DNA from: Candidatus Zixiibacteriota bacterium
GTDB lineage: Bacteria; Zixibacteria; MSB-5A5; UBA10806; 4484-95
Assembly (NCBI GenBank): GCA_029932605.1
Contig: JAOZPT010000010.1
Location: forward strand, 1-58,289
Reading direction: 5' to 3'
Length of the DNA stretch: 58,289 nucleotides
Shown: positions 1-10,938 of the stretch, piece after piece
Position numbering within the stretch: position 1 is the first letter of the stretch
Layout: every line of letters begins with the position of its first letter
The notes under the pieces: model-generated
What the model saw: only the letters and a program-made list of their open reading frames with translations
Databases searched by the model: none
Told to the model about the DNA's origin: nothing
Program-made: the position numbers and the translations under genes

Positions 1-1268
1 CTAACACCCGTAGCTCCCAGCACAGCAAAAGTGATATTAGTTTTAAACATTCCCAGTAAAATCAGGAACTCGCCTACGAAGCCGTTGGTGCCAGGGAGAC
101 CAATGGAAGAGAGGGCAATTATCATAAAACCGGTAGCATAGACCGGCATAACATGGGCGACTCCACCAAATTCGTCTATAAGCCTTGTATGCCTGCGTTC
201 GTAAATCATTCCCACCAACATAAACAAAGCGCCGGTGGAGATGCCGTGGTTGACCATCTGCAGAATCGAGCCGGAAAGACCCTGGGTATTTAAAGCAAAC
301 ATCCCAAGCATAACAAACCCAAGATGAGCAACAGAAGAAAAAGCCACCAGGGATTTGACATCTTTCTGGACCATCGAAACAAATCCGCCATAGATGATAC
401 CTATGATGGCCAGGATGCTTATTAACGGCATAAACTGAATTGTAGCCACCGGGAACAACGGTAAACAAAACCTGACGAAACCGTAAGTTCCCATTTTCAG
501 TAGAACCGCGGCCAGGATTATCGAACCCGCTGTAGGTGCCTCAACATGAGCATCAGGAAGCCACGTATGGAAAGGAAACATGGGCACCTTTATGGCAAAT
601 GCCAAAGCAAAAGCGCCAAATAACCAAAGCTGGATATTATGGGCAATGGGCATATTGAGAATCACGGTCAGGTCAAACGTATATATACCCGTATACTGGT
701 AATTAAGGAAATACAAAAAGATAATAGCCAGAAGCATCAATAATGAACCGGCCATGGTAAACAGTATAAATTTTATGGCGGCATAAATTTTCCTCGGGCC
801 ACCCCAGACACCAATAATAAAATACATTGGCAGAAGCATAACCTCCCAGAAAACGTAAAACAGGAACAAATCCATAGCCAGGAAAACGCCGAGTATACCC
901 GTTTCCAACATTAAAAAAGCTATCATGAAACCTTTAACCTTCTCGGTTATGGCAGTCCAGGTCGAAGCGATAGATATAACGCTTATAAATGTCGTAAGCA
1001 AAACCAAAAGTATTGAAAGGCCATCCACGCCTAAGTGATAATCGATGCCAATAGACGTAATCCACTTTACTTTCTCGACGAATTGCATATCTGGTGTTGA
1101 ACTGTCAAAACGGAAAACCAGAATCAACGAAATGATAAAATCAACAAAGGCAAATAATAAGGCTGTTGTTCGCAGTAAGTTCTTTCTATCTTTACCAATC
1201 ATCAAAAGCGGTATAACGCCAATAAGAGGCAAAAATACAATCCAGGTTAAAATCGGCCAGTGGTCCAT
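1..1268 (-). CDS. nuoM: NADH-quinone oxidoreductase subunit M (partial, 3' end outside the window)
   Basis: Not in the ORF track. Manual translation from ATG at 1268 gives [17 protein letters not shown]...LGVDGLS...[17 protein letters not shown]...[38 protein letters not shown]...YERRHTR, open to the window edge; follows nuoL. Confidence 0.96.
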   Translation of the reverse strand, partial: MDHWPILTWIVFLPLIGVIPLLMIGKDRKNLLRTTALLFAFVDFIISLILVFRFDSSTPDMQFVEKVKWITSIGIDYHLGVDGLSILLVLLTTFISVISIASTWTAITEKVKGFMIAFLMLETGILGVFLAMDLFLFYVFWEVMLLPMYFIIGVWGGPRKIYAAIKFILFTMAGSLLMLLAIIFLYFLNYQYTGIYTFDLTVILNMPIAHNIQLWLFGAFALAFAIKVPMFPFHTWLPDAHVEAPTAGSIILAAVLLKMGTYGFVRFCLPLFPVATIQFMPLISILAIIGIIYGGFVSMVQKDVKSLVAFSSVAHLGFVMLGMFALNTQGLSGSILQMVNHGISTGALFMLVGMIYERRHTRLIDEFGGVAHVMPVYATGFMIIALSSIGLPGTNGFVGEFLILLGMFKTNITFAVLGATGV

Positions 1269-1340
1269 CAGTATTGCACCATTTCAAAGATTAAAACATT
1301 CAACAATTTTATCTGTTTCTTCATATCTTTTCCAAACATA

Positions 1341-3272
1341 TCACCTAAAAATATAACATAAATAACCTACGAGGATTATTACACCGATAAAAAATACCAA
1401 TGCATAATTACGCACAAATCCGGTTTGCAATATTCTGAACCTTTCCGACATGCTTCCAAAAAACTTTGCCAGTCTGTTGACAAAACCATCTATAACCCTC
1501 ACATCAAATATCTTCCAAAATATCAGAGAAAGTATATACAAAGGTTTAACAATCAGGTAATCGTAAACTTCATCGATATAATACTTATTGAATATCAACC
1601 TGTAACAACCGGCAAACCTCTGCGCCAGCTGTTTGGGTTTTTCGGGATTTTTAATATAGAAATTATAGGCAACGACAATCCCCAGAAGAACAGCCACCAC
1701 CGATGCCAGCATCAGAATATATTCCAACGAAGGTGCATGATGGGAGCCAGTTTCGATAACATGGGCAGATTCAGCGATAACGGGCATTAGGAAATTCTCA
1801 AACCAGGCACCACCTCCAAGGGCGTGGGGAAGGCCGATATATCCACCGAAAATCGACAGGAAAGCCAGTATATAAAGAGGTATAAGCATAACCGGTGGAG
1901 ATTCATGGAGATGTTTTTCGGCCTCGGCGGTGACATTCGATTTGCCATGGAAAGTCAGGTATAGCAAGCGGAACATATAAAAAGCGGTTAATATGGCGGT
2001 GATTAATCCCAGAATCCACAAAAGAGGATGACCATGGCCAGATGAATATGCTTTCCAGAGAATTTCATCTTTAGAGAAAAAGCCGGCTAAAAGCGGGATA
2101 CCCGAGATACTCAATGTAGCAATCAGGAAAGCCTTGTAAGTAAACGGTAAGCGGTTTTTCAGGCCACCCATATATCGCATATCCTGTTCACCGGATAAAG
2201 CATGAATAACCGAGCCAGCCCCCATGAATAATAAGGCTTTGAAAAAGGCATGAGTTGTTAAGTGGAAAATGCCGGCAGAAAAAGCACCCACTCCACAGGC
2301 TAAAAACATGTAACCAATCTGGCTTATCGTCGAATAGGCAAGCACCCTTTTTATATCGTTCTGGGCAAGGCCAATAGTTGCTGCATACAAAGCGGTAAAG
2401 CCACCCACAATGGCAACTATGGCCATCGAGGTTGGTGCAAGAACATACAATGCCGACAACCTTGCAATCATATAAACACCGGCGGTTACCATGGTTGCAG
2501 CATGGATAAGCGCCGATACGGGTGTAGGGCCCTCCATAGCATCCGGTAACCAGACATACAAAGGTATCTGAGCCGATTTACCAACAGCACCAACTAAAAA
2601 CAAAAGCGTAATGGCAGTTACTAATCCACCGCCAGCCACAAGCATCTCAGGGGCCAAATGAGAGATTTCTTTGATATTGGTTGAACCAAGTGTCCAGAAT
2701 AAGAGCATAATTCCCAGCAGGAATCCGAAGTCACCAATACGGTTCACGATAAACGCTTTCTTGCCGGCATCGCTGGCTGATTTTTTATGGAACCAGAATC
2801 CGATTAAAAGATACGAGCAAAGACCAACACCCTCCCAGCCCACGAAAAGCAAAAGAACATTATCAGCAAGGACTAATAATAACATAGAGAAAACGAACAG
2901 GTTTAAAAATGAGAAGTAGCGCCAATAACCGCCATCATGAGCCATGTATCCTATAGAGTAAACATGGATGATAAAGCTAACACCAGAAACCACAAGCACC
3001 ATGACCGCTGCCAGCGGGTCAAACATGAAACTTACTGAGCTACTAAACGAACCGGCGATAATCCAGTCAAACCAGAAACCTGTTATGAAACGAGAATTGG
3101 ACGGCATTCCCAGCAATGAGAAGAAGGCGATTGTTCCGGCTACAAAAGATAGAAAGACCGAACCGCAGGCGATGATATTAACAACCTGCTTGGGCATTTT
3201 CTTATTCGTTAAGCCAATAATAAGAAATCCGAAAAGCGGGAAAACGGGTATTAGTTTTACTATCATCTCCAT
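1341..3272 (-). CDS. nuoL: NADH-quinone oxidoreductase subunit L
   Basis: Motifs GWEGVGLCSYLLIGFW, AFIVNRIGDFG, GKSAQIPLYVWLPDAMEGPTPVSALIHAATMVTAG, THAFFKALLF; operon position. Confidence 0.98.
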   Translation of the reverse strand: MEMIVKLIPVFPLFGFLIIGLTNKKMPKQVVNIIACGSVFLSFVAGTIAFFSLLGMPSNSRFITGFWFDWIIAGSFSSSVSFMFDPLAAVMVLVVSGVSFIIHVYSIGYMAHDGGYWRYFSFLNLFVFSMLLLVLADNVLLLFVGWEGVGLCSYLLIGFWFHKKSASDAGKKAFIVNRIGDFGFLLGIMLLFWTLGSTNIKEISHLAPEMLVAGGGLVTAITLLFLVGAVGKSAQIPLYVWLPDAMEGPTPVSALIHAATMVTAGVYMIARLSALYVLAPTSMAIVAIVGGFTALYAATIGLAQNDIKRVLAYSTISQIGYMFLACGVGAFSAGIFHLTTHAFFKALLFMGAGSVIHALSGEQDMRYMGGLKNRLPFTYKAFLIATLSISGIPLLAGFFSKDEILWKAYSSGHGHPLLWILGLITAILTAFYMFRLLYLTFHGKSNVTAEAEKHLHESPPVMLIPLYILAFLSIFGGYIGLPHALGGGAWFENFLMPVIAESAHVIETGSHHAPSLEYILMLASVVAVLLGIVVAYNFYIKNPEKPKQLAQRFAGCYRLIFNKYYIDEVYDYLIVKPLYILSLIFWKIFDVRVIDGFVNRLAKFFGSMSERFRILQTGFVRNYALVFFIGVIILVGYLCYIFR

Positions 3273-3285
3273 CAGATTCGCCAGT

Positions 3286-3588
3286 TTACCATTTCATCAG
3301 GTTAACGTCATCAACGTTGATACTTTCTTTAACCCTGAATATCGAGACGATGATAGCCAAGCCCACCGCTACCTCAGCAGCTGCTATAGCCATCACCAAA
3401 AACACAAAGACCTGTCCCGAGAAATCTTTCAAGAAACTCGAAAAAGCCATCAGGGTAATGTTAACAGCGTTTAACATCAGTTCTATTGACATAAAAATAA
3501 TTAGGGCGTTACGGTTTCTTAAAACACCCCATACACCGATAGTAAAGAGCATTGCCGATAATATGAGATAATAACTTAAAGGCGCCAT
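3286..3588 (-). CDS. nuoK: NADH-quinone oxidoreductase subunit K
   Basis: 100 aa, three TM helices, [11 protein letters not shown] and [12 protein letters not shown]. Confidence 0.98.
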   Translation of the reverse strand: MAPLSYYLILSAMLFTIGVWGVLRNRNALIIFMSIELMLNAVNITLMAFSSFLKDFSGQVFVFLVMAIAAAEVAVGLAIIVSIFRVKESINVDDVNLMKW

Positions 3589-3591
3589 AAC

Positions 3592-4092
3592 TTATTTCCC
3601 CATCTTCTTCTTAGCGATAACAACCGCTCCTATAATAGCCGCCAACAAAAGCACCGAGATTATCTCAAAGGGATACAAGTACTGGGTAAAAAACTTGGTG
3701 GCCAAGGGGGCAACCCTGCCCATCTCCGTATCAACCGGCTGGCCAGCTACAACCGGGAGTCTGGAAACAACCATTATCAGCTGGACTAATAGGACTATAC
3801 CCAGCAGACCCGCAAAAAGCCGCTGAAATACTCTTGTATCAAAACCAAATTCATCTTTTCTTAAATTCAATAACATTATCACAAATAAGAAAAGGACCAT
3901 AATAGCGCCCGCATAGATTATAATCTGCAAAGCGGCTATAAAAACAGCGCCCAACTGCACAAACAAACCAGCAATGGCACACATGGTAACAATTAAATAC
4001 ACCGCCGAGGTGACAGCGTTTTTACGGGTTACCACCATCAGGGCGCTGGTCAGAGCAATTACAGCTAATATGTAGAAAATCACATTTGCCAT
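3592..4092 (-). CDS. nuoJ: NADH-quinone oxidoreductase subunit J
   Basis: QIIIYAGAIMVLFLFVIMLL and YLYPFEIISVLLLAAIIGA. Confidence 0.97.
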   Translation of the reverse strand: MANVIFYILAVIALTSALMVVTRKNAVTSAVYLIVTMCAIAGLFVQLGAVFIAALQIIIYAGAIMVLFLFVIMLLNLRKDEFGFDTRVFQRLFAGLLGIVLLVQLIMVVSRLPVVAGQPVDTEMGRVAPLATKFFTQYLYPFEIISVLLLAAIIGAVVIAKKKMGK

Positions 4093-4098
4093 AATAAT

Positions 4099-4629
4099 TC
4101 AGTGCAATGGTTCAGCCGGTTTTTTAAACTGAAATTTATCCTCTCTGATACATGGTTTTATCTTTTTAGCCACCCGCTCCTTTTCGATTTTATCGAAATT
4201 AGCTAATAGCATTTCTTTTGTCCAGATAAAATCACCTCTGTTGCCAGATGCCAGCTCAAACCCATGCCCCAGGAAAATAGCCTCCTCGGGGCAAGCCTCC
4301 TCGCACATTCCACAAAATATACATCGAATCCCGTTTATCTCATATACTTTTGAATATCTCTCCCCTGTCTCGGTCTCGGCTGGTTCCATGTAAATAGCAT
4401 CCGCTGGACAAGCGGCAGCACATAAACCACAACAGACACAGCGCTCGGTGCCATCGGGATAGCGTGTTAGATAATGCAATCCCCGATATCGGTCCTCAAA
4501 CACAGGTTTAACATCTGGATACTTCTCGGTAACCTTCTTCCTGAAAATGTAGCGGAAAGTGATAGACAAACCTTTAGGAATCGCTATAAATACAGATCTT
4601 AGGGGACCCCACATCGATTTTAACCTCAT
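4099..4629 (-). CDS. nuoI: NADH-quinone oxidoreductase subunit I
   Basis: Two CxxCxxCxxxCP motifs (CVCCGLCAAACP, CIFCGMCEEACP), RYRGLH. Confidence 0.97.
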   Translation of the reverse strand: MRLKSMWGPLRSVFIAIPKGLSITFRYIFRKKVTEKYPDVKPVFEDRYRGLHYLTRYPDGTERCVCCGLCAAACPADAIYMEPAETETGERYSKVYEINGIRCIFCGMCEEACPEEAIFLGHGFELASGNRGDFIWTKEMLLANFDKIEKERVAKKIKPCIREDKFQFKKPAEPLH

Positions 4630-5612
4630 AAAACCATCACTAAACCAGTGACTAAAATATTAACCAGGGTTAGAGGGAATATCACCAGCCAGCCGAAACG
4701 CATAAGCTGGTCATACCGGAAGCGGGGCAATGTCCCTCTCACCCAGACATAGATAAACAAAAAGGCTACTACCTTGATTAAAAACCAGACGATTGGCGGT
4801 AAAAACGGCCCCGACCATCCTCCAAAAAAGAGACTGGCGGTTACCATTGAAACAGTTATCATGTGGGCATACTCACCCAAAAAGAACAGGGCGAATCTCA
4901 TGCCTGGATATTCAGTATGATAACCTGCGACAAGTTCCGACTCGGCTTCGGGAAGGTCGAAGGGCAAACGGTTGGATTCAGCCATGGCGCAGATGAAAAA
5001 CAGGAAAAAAGCCACCGGCTGTTTGAAAAAGTACCAGTTTAATACCGAGCCACTTTGCTGACGGACGATCTCGGCAATCGAAAAAGTTTGAGCGATCATC
5101 AATAAACCAACTACCGATAAACCTAGACCGATTTCATAACTTATCATCTGAGCAGAAGAGCGTAAGCCACCTAGAAGCGAGTATTTTGAATTTGACGACC
5201 AGCCTGCCAGAACCAAACCGTAAACACCAATCGAGCCCAATGCAAAAACATAAAGTATCCCGATATTCAAATCAGATATCAACAGTTCAACCTTACGACC
5301 GGCTATGGTTATTGTGTCGCCAATCGGAACAACCGCTACAGCCAGAATAGGTGGGATGAATGCTATCATCGGCGCCAGCGAGAACAACACCTTGTTGGAT
5401 TTTTCAGGCAGAAATGGTTCTTTAAAGAGTAGTTTAAAGGCATCGGCAATCGGCTGTAACAAACCAGCTGGACCCACACGATTGGGACCAAGCCTGCTTT
5501 GAATAAAGGCAACCATTCGTCGTTCAAACCAGGTAGTATAGGCAATCATGATCATAAAACCGGCAAAAATCACTATCACTTTAACAACATCTATAAATAT
5601 AGACAAAAGCAT
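4626..5612 (-). CDS. nuoH: NADH-quinone oxidoreductase subunit H
   Basis: RLGPNRVGPAGLLQPIADAFKL, AESNRLPFDLPEAESELVAGYHTEY, TLPRFRYDQLM. Confidence 0.98.
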   Translation of the reverse strand: MLLSIFIDVVKVIVIFAGFMIMIAYTTWFERRMVAFIQSRLGPNRVGPAGLLQPIADAFKLLFKEPFLPEKSNKVLFSLAPMIAFIPPILAVAVVPIGDTITIAGRKVELLISDLNIGILYVFALGSIGVYGLVLAGWSSNSKYSLLGGLRSSAQMISYEIGLGLSVVGLLMIAQTFSIAEIVRQQSGSVLNWYFFKQPVAFFLFFICAMAESNRLPFDLPEAESELVAGYHTEYPGMRFALFFLGEYAHMITVSMVTASLFFGGWSGPFLPPIVWFLIKVVAFLFIYVWVRGTLPRFRYDQLMRFGWLVIFPLTLVNILVTGLVMVL

Positions 5613-5613
5613 C

Positions 5614-7989
5614 TCATACCTTTTCTATCTTTGCATATACCGGTTTATTAAATCCCACCATAAACTTATTGGGAGGATTTTCATCTGAATAACCCGAAAG
5701 TAATAATTCACCCTGATTTATATCCTCACTTACAATCGCCGTTATCTCACCGGCCGCCGAATCGGTTGAAAGCCTGATTTTACTATCATTCATGACACCC
5801 TCTTTACGAGCGTCATGTGGGTTTATCAACAATTTTTGAGATGGCGTTAATTTTCGTAGTGTATTAGACTTAAAAGTCATACCTGAAGCCCCGTAATAAA
5901 CGTTTTTAGCAAACATCAAAACATATGGATAATCCGGCGGTGGTTTAACATCCAATGCTTTCAGATTATCACTTGCCTCCAACTCTACCGAAGGGAAAAT
6001 ATGCCCCTCTGAAACTTTATATCGCAAACCATTAAATTCGGGTATAACTCTTGCCATCTGTGGAAAGACATCGCTGGCAGAATAATAAAGCCCTCCTCCA
6101 AGCTCAATTTTGATATCCGTAAAAAGTTTTATTAGGGAGGTAATCTCTTTGGGCGTGGAATACGATTTATCTAAAAATTGAAGTCTGCGCTCAACGTTGA
6201 TAAAAGACCCGTTATCTTCTGTTGGTAACACCGATGGCATAACAAGAGTTGCCAGACGAGCCGTATGGTTTAAAAATGCTCCCCAGTAAATCATATAATC
6301 AAGTTTTTTGAAAGCTTCGGTAATCCTATTTCTGTCTGGATAGACATTGACGGGATCACCTCCAGCTACAAAAAGTGTTTTTATCTCCCCTTTCTCGATT
6401 TTTTCTATAATTTCCTCGAAGGTCGCATTTGTTCTGCCCACAAGTCCAATCCCAATGTAATTGGTTTCCGTGGTTAATATTGATAATTTTGCTCTCAAAG
6501 ATTTTCCAAGTTCAAAAAGACTTTGAAGATATTTATTGCGGTTTGGGTTAGCTAACAGATCACCACCGGCAATCATATGAATATTTTTGGCACTAGTGAT
6601 ATTTAATTTCAATTGCTCCTTAATATCCTTATTAATCTTAATATCATCATTACCATTTCTTAATGATATTATATCCTCTATAACCCGGAATTCCCTTCCG
6701 TAATTTGCTCTTATATTGTAAACGTTGAACCTGCCAAGATATAATTGTCGCGGGCTTATAAAATATACCGGAACGCCCTTGTTAATCAATTTCTTTATTC
6801 TTAAACCAATTATGGGGTGCTCAACAGCTAGGTCACAACCAAGAATAATCACCAAGTCAGCGTTTTCAAGTTCAGATAAAGACACCGATAGGCCAAGATG
6901 CCCATAAGACATGATATCGTTAAGCTCGATTTCACTGGTGATGGCGATTGAAGAACCGGGCAGTTTTGTCTGAAAATAATCGGCGGCACTAAAGGCATTC
7001 TCATTGGTTAGGGATGTATCAAGAAGCAAAGCCGATGTTTCTCCTTGTACCTCGGTAAACCTGTGAACCATCATAGCCAGGGCTTCATCATAACTCACCT
7101 TTTCAAGGTTATCGCCATTGACAGCATGTGGAACAGTTATTCTTTCGGGGTGAGAGGTTATATCAAAACCGTAGCGCCCCTTATCACATATAAACCCCAT
7201 ATCGACATCATCATTACGACGGCTCTGATGACGATAAATCCTGCCCTGATTATGCTCAATGGTGATATTGCAACCGTCAGGACATAACCAGCACACCGAG
7301 TCAGTTCCTTTTAGAAGCCATGAGCGTATTTTATAACGGAACGAATCAGACATCAATGCCCCAACCGGACAATTTTCAACGGTGTTTCCAGAAAATTCGT
7401 TAGCATACTTGATTTCTTTAGGGATATCCACCTTAGCGAAAGCGCCCCTCTGGAAGATACCCAGGTCAGCTCCGCCGGCAAGGTCACGAGCGATGCGAAC
7501 GCATTTATAGCACATGATACAACGGTTTTTATTCATCCAGATTTCCGGACCCAGTTTGATATCATCAAATTTCTGGTTAGGATCATCCTGAAACCTAAAT
7601 TTATCCTCGGATAATCTGCTAACGGTTGGACCATACTGAAAAGTCAGGTTCTGAAGAGTGCACTCGCCACCCTTATCACACGTAGGACAATCAAGCGGAT
7701 GATTTACTAATAAGAACTCCAGAACGGATTTTCGTGCTTTTATTACTTTTTCAGAATTTGTTTTTACTACCATACCGGGAGCTACAGGAGTGGCACATGA
7801 GGCAACAAGTTTGGGTGACTTTTCCACTTCGACAAGACACATACGGCAGGCACCAACCGACTTGAGCCTCTGGTCATAGCAAAAAGTAGGTATCTCGATT
7901 CCCAGTTTCCGGGCCGCTTCAATTATATAAGTGCCTGGCTCGACCTCTACATCCTGCCCATCTATATTAAGCATTATCAAGTTAGCCAT
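5614..7989 (-). CDS. nuoG: NADH-quinone oxidoreductase subunit G
   Basis: IPTFCY...GACRMCLVEV, NHPLDCPTCDKGGEC, RCIMCYKC...CPVGAL, N7-type CWLCPDGC...C; molybdopterin-oxidoreductase-like C-terminal half. Confidence 0.95.
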   Translation of the reverse strand: MANLIMLNIDGQDVEVEPGTYIIEAARKLGIEIPTFCYDQRLKSVGACRMCLVEVEKSPKLVASCATPVAPGMVVKTNSEKVIKARKSVLEFLLVNHPLDCPTCDKGGECTLQNLTFQYGPTVSRLSEDKFRFQDDPNQKFDDIKLGPEIWMNKNRCIMCYKCVRIARDLAGGADLGIFQRGAFAKVDIPKEIKYANEFSGNTVENCPVGALMSDSFRYKIRSWLLKGTDSVCWLCPDGCNITIEHNQGRIYRHQSRRNDDVDMGFICDKGRYGFDITSHPERITVPHAVNGDNLEKVSYDEALAMMVHRFTEVQGETSALLLDTSLTNENAFSAADYFQTKLPGSSIAITSEIELNDIMSYGHLGLSVSLSELENADLVIILGCDLAVEHPIIGLRIKKLINKGVPVYFISPRQLYLGRFNVYNIRANYGREFRVIEDIISLRNGNDDIKINKDIKEQLKLNITSAKNIHMIAGGDLLANPNRNKYLQSLFELGKSLRAKLSILTTETNYIGIGLVGRTNATFEEIIEKIEKGEIKTLFVAGGDPVNVYPDRNRITEAFKKLDYMIYWGAFLNHTARLATLVMPSVLPTEDNGSFINVERRLQFLDKSYSTPKEITSLIKLFTDIKIELGGGLYYSASDVFPQMARVIPEFNGLRYKVSEGHIFPSVELEASDNLKALDVKPPPDYPYVLMFAKNVYYGASGMTFKSNTLRKLTPSQKLLINPHDARKEGVMNDSKIRLSTDSAAGEITAIVSEDINQGELLLSGYSDENPPNKFMVGFNKPVYAKIEKV

Positions 7990-9270
7990 TTATTCAAACC
8001 TCTGATCCAACTGAACAAGACATTTTTTGTTTTTTATATGATACTCATATTCATCCCTGAAATACTTAATTGACGAGCGAACCGCTGGAACAGAAGCATC
8101 GCCTAACGGACAAATAGTATTGCCCTCGATATTATTACAAATATCCAGCAGAAGGTCGATATCTTCCATTTTCCCTTTACCATGCTCGATGCGGTCAAGT
8201 ATTCTATACATCCACAAAGTTCCCTGGCGGCATGGAGAACATTGCCCACATGATTCATGCTGATAAAAGCGGGAGATGACATAAGCGGCATGGACTATAC
8301 AGGTGGTTTCATCCATCACGATAACGCCTGCGGAACCAAGCATCGAGCCAGCCTCGACAAGCGATTCAAAATCCATTTTGACATCAACCTTGTCAGCGGT
8401 CAATATCGGCACCGATGAGCCACCCGGTATCACTACCTTGAGATTTCTATCGTTTTTGATACCCCCAGCATATTCATACAAAAGCTCACGCAGAGATATC
8501 CCCATTGGAAGTTCGTAATTGCCCGGTTTATTTACATGACCGGAAACACAGAATATCTTGCTACCGGTGGATTTTTCAGTGCCCATTGATTTGAACCATT
8601 CAGCACCCCTGTTCATGATATGAGGTATATTGCAAATGGTCTCTACATTGTTAATTATAGTGGGCGATAGATACAATCCCGATACGGCAGGAAACGGGGG
8701 CTTAAGGCGAGGATAACCTTTACCGCCCTCAAGAGAGGTCATCAGAGCAGTTTCCTCACCGCATATATAAGCACCGCCACCACGATATATTGTAATCTCC
8801 AAATCGAACCCCGAGCCGAGTATGTTTTTGCCAACAAATCCCTTTTCGGTAGCCTCAGCAATAGCCCTTTCAAGCTGGTGAGCCTCGGTGGCAAACTCGC
8901 CTCTTATATAGATGAACGCACGATTGCATTTAATGGCATAGGCGGTTATAACTGCTCCCTCTATTAACATATGGGGATGTTTAAGCATCAGTTCACGGTC
9001 TTTAAAGGTGCCAGGTTCAGACTCATCAGCATTAACACATAGATATATTGGCCTATCCGTGTCCTTGGGAATAAATGACCATTTCCTACCAGTAGGAAAA
9101 CCGGCACCGCCACGCCCGCGAAGACCGGAATTGATTACTTCCTGAGTAACCTCCTCCGGAGTACGTTCCTTTAAAACCTTTGATAAAGCAGTATAACCCC
9201 CATGCTTTAGATAAACATCAATCTTATCATGGTCGGGAACAGGCGTTAGTAAAAACGGTTCGAAACTCAT
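7990..9270 (-). CDS. nuoF: NADH-quinone oxidoreductase subunit F
   Basis: SGLRGRGGAGFPTG, NADESEPGTFKD, GAYICGEETAL, ESCGQCSPCR...ICPLG. Confidence 0.98.
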   Translation of the reverse strand: MSFEPFLLTPVPDHDKIDVYLKHGGYTALSKVLKERTPEEVTQEVINSGLRGRGGAGFPTGRKWSFIPKDTDRPIYLCVNADESEPGTFKDRELMLKHPHMLIEGAVITAYAIKCNRAFIYIRGEFATEAHQLERAIAEATEKGFVGKNILGSGFDLEITIYRGGGAYICGEETALMTSLEGGKGYPRLKPPFPAVSGLYLSPTIINNVETICNIPHIMNRGAEWFKSMGTEKSTGSKIFCVSGHVNKPGNYELPMGISLRELLYEYAGGIKNDRNLKVVIPGGSSVPILTADKVDVKMDFESLVEAGSMLGSAGVIVMDETTCIVHAAYVISRFYQHESCGQCSPCRQGTLWMYRILDRIEHGKGKMEDIDLLLDICNNIEGNTICPLGDASVPAVRSSIKYFRDEYEYHIKNKKCLVQLDQRFE

Positions 9271-9764
9271 GCTTGGTTCCTCAAGGTTTCAAGTATCTTA
9301 TCAACCTTCGCCTTGGTAAGATTCTCATAATATGTATCATTTATCCGCATCACCGGGGCTGTTCCACATGAACCGAGACACTCTACAGTTACCAACGTGA
9401 ACAAGCCATCAGCAGTGGTGCCACCCGGTTTTATCCCGAGCTTTTCTTTTATATAATCGATTAAACTTTCAGCGCCCATAAGGGTACAGGAGATATTATG
9501 GCACACCTGTATGAGGTACTTCCCTACCGGTTCAAGCGGGAACATTGTATAAAAAGATGCGGCCTCTTCAAAATAGACATCGGGTATTTCCGTAATTGAA
9601 GCGGCTTCCTTTATCGCCTTAGAATCCAAATAACCAAGCTGGTCATATATCACGTGCAAAACCGGCAAAATAATTGATTGCTTATCGGGAAAGATACAAA
9701 TGAGTCCCTCTATTTTTTCTTTAGAACTTTCTGAAAGTAATCCTTTTGATGATTTGTCTATCAT
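9267..9764 (-). CDS. nuoE: NADH-quinone oxidoreductase subunit E
   Basis: 2Fe-2S ligands VCHNISC and ECLGSC. Start moved from 9800 to ATG 9764, just after the nuoD stop. Confidence 0.95.
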   Translation of the reverse strand: MIDKSSKGLLSESSKEKIEGLICIFPDKQSIILPVLHVIYDQLGYLDSKAIKEAASITEIPDVYFEEAASFYTMFPLEPVGKYLIQVCHNISCTLMGAESLIDYIKEKLGIKPGGTTADGLFTLVTVECLGSCGTAPVMRINDTYYENLTKAKVDKILETLRNQA

Positions 9765-9768
9765 ATCG

Positions 9769-10938
9769 CTATCTATCAACTTCACCAAGAACAATATCAA
9801 CCGAACCGATGATGGCTATCAAGTCGGATACCATTTGACCACGAGCAAGTTTATCCAATGCCGAGATGTTTACGAATGACGGTGGGCGAAAATGCACACG
9901 GTATGGTTTATTTGTTCCATCTGAGACTATATAACACCCTATTTCTCCTTTGGGCGATTCGATAGAGTGATAAACATCACCTTTCGGTGGTTTAAAACCC
10001 TCTGTCCAGAATTTGAAGTGATGGATTAACTGTTCCATCCCCTTAAGGGCTTCTTCTTTTGGCGGAGGAGTGATCTTTCTATCTTTTGTGATGTAAGGTC
10101 CGGAGGGTAATCCATCAAGGGCTTGCCTGATAATTCTCAGGGATTGACGCATTTCCTCAAGCCGGCATTTGTACCGGTCATAAGTATCACCATTTTCCCC
10201 CAGTGGAACATCGAACTCGAAATGGTCATAGCTTGAATAGGGGTTGGATTTACGTATATCCCAGTTAACACCCGAGGCTCGCAGTAATGGTCCCGACAGG
10301 CCGGACTTAATAGCCTCCTCAGCAGAAATTTTACCAACACCGATTGTTCGATTCTTCCAGATTTTATTTTCAGTGAGAAGTCCCTCATACTCTTCAATCT
10401 TGGCCGGGAAGGTATCGAGTATATCTTTTATGCGAACATCAAACCCAGGAGGAACATCATTGTCCAGACCACCAATACGGAAATATGACGACATCATCCG
10501 CACACCTGATACAAACTCATACATCTGGGTAATTTTCTCACGTTCACGGAAACAGTACAACAGCATTGTCATGGCGCCGATATCCGTAGCATGGGTGCCC
10601 AACCAGACCAGATGCGAATTTAACCTGGTTAGCTCGGTTAAAATAACACGAATATACTGGGCGCGTGGAGGCACCTCAACATCCATCAGTTTCTCAACAG
10701 CCATAACATAAACAAGGTTATTCGACATCGGAGCAAGATAATCCATACGGTCGGTCATGGTAATTGCTTGTGTATATGTTTTCACTTCCATATTTTTCTC
10801 GATGCCCGAGTGCAGATAACCGATGATGGGTTTGGCGCTCACTATAGTCTCGCCGTCAAGCTCAATTTTTACCCGTAATACCCCATGAGTTGCCGGATGT
10901 TGAGGCCCCACGTTGAGCGTTATGGTCTTATAGCTCAA
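9769..10938 (-). CDS. nuoD: NADH-quinone oxidoreductase subunit D
   Basis: NVGPQHPATHGVLR, IGYLHSGIEK, DRMDY, ESPKGE, DIVLGEVDR; TTG start overlapping the nuoC stop. Confidence 0.98.
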   Translation of the reverse strand: MSYKTITLNVGPQHPATHGVLRVKIELDGETIVSAKPIIGYLHSGIEKNMEVKTYTQAITMTDRMDYLAPMSNNLVYVMAVEKLMDVEVPPRAQYIRVILTELTRLNSHLVWLGTHATDIGAMTMLLYCFREREKITQMYEFVSGVRMMSSYFRIGGLDNDVPPGFDVRIKDILDTFPAKIEEYEGLLTENKIWKNRTIGVGKISAEEAIKSGLSGPLLRASGVNWDIRKSNPYSSYDHFEFDVPLGENGDTYDRYKCRLEEMRQSLRIIRQALDGLPSGPYITKDRKITPPPKEEALKGMEQLIHHFKFWTEGFKPPKGDVYHSIESPKGEIGCYIVSDGTNKPYRVHFRPPSFVNISALDKLARGQMVSDLIAIIGSVDIVLGEVDR

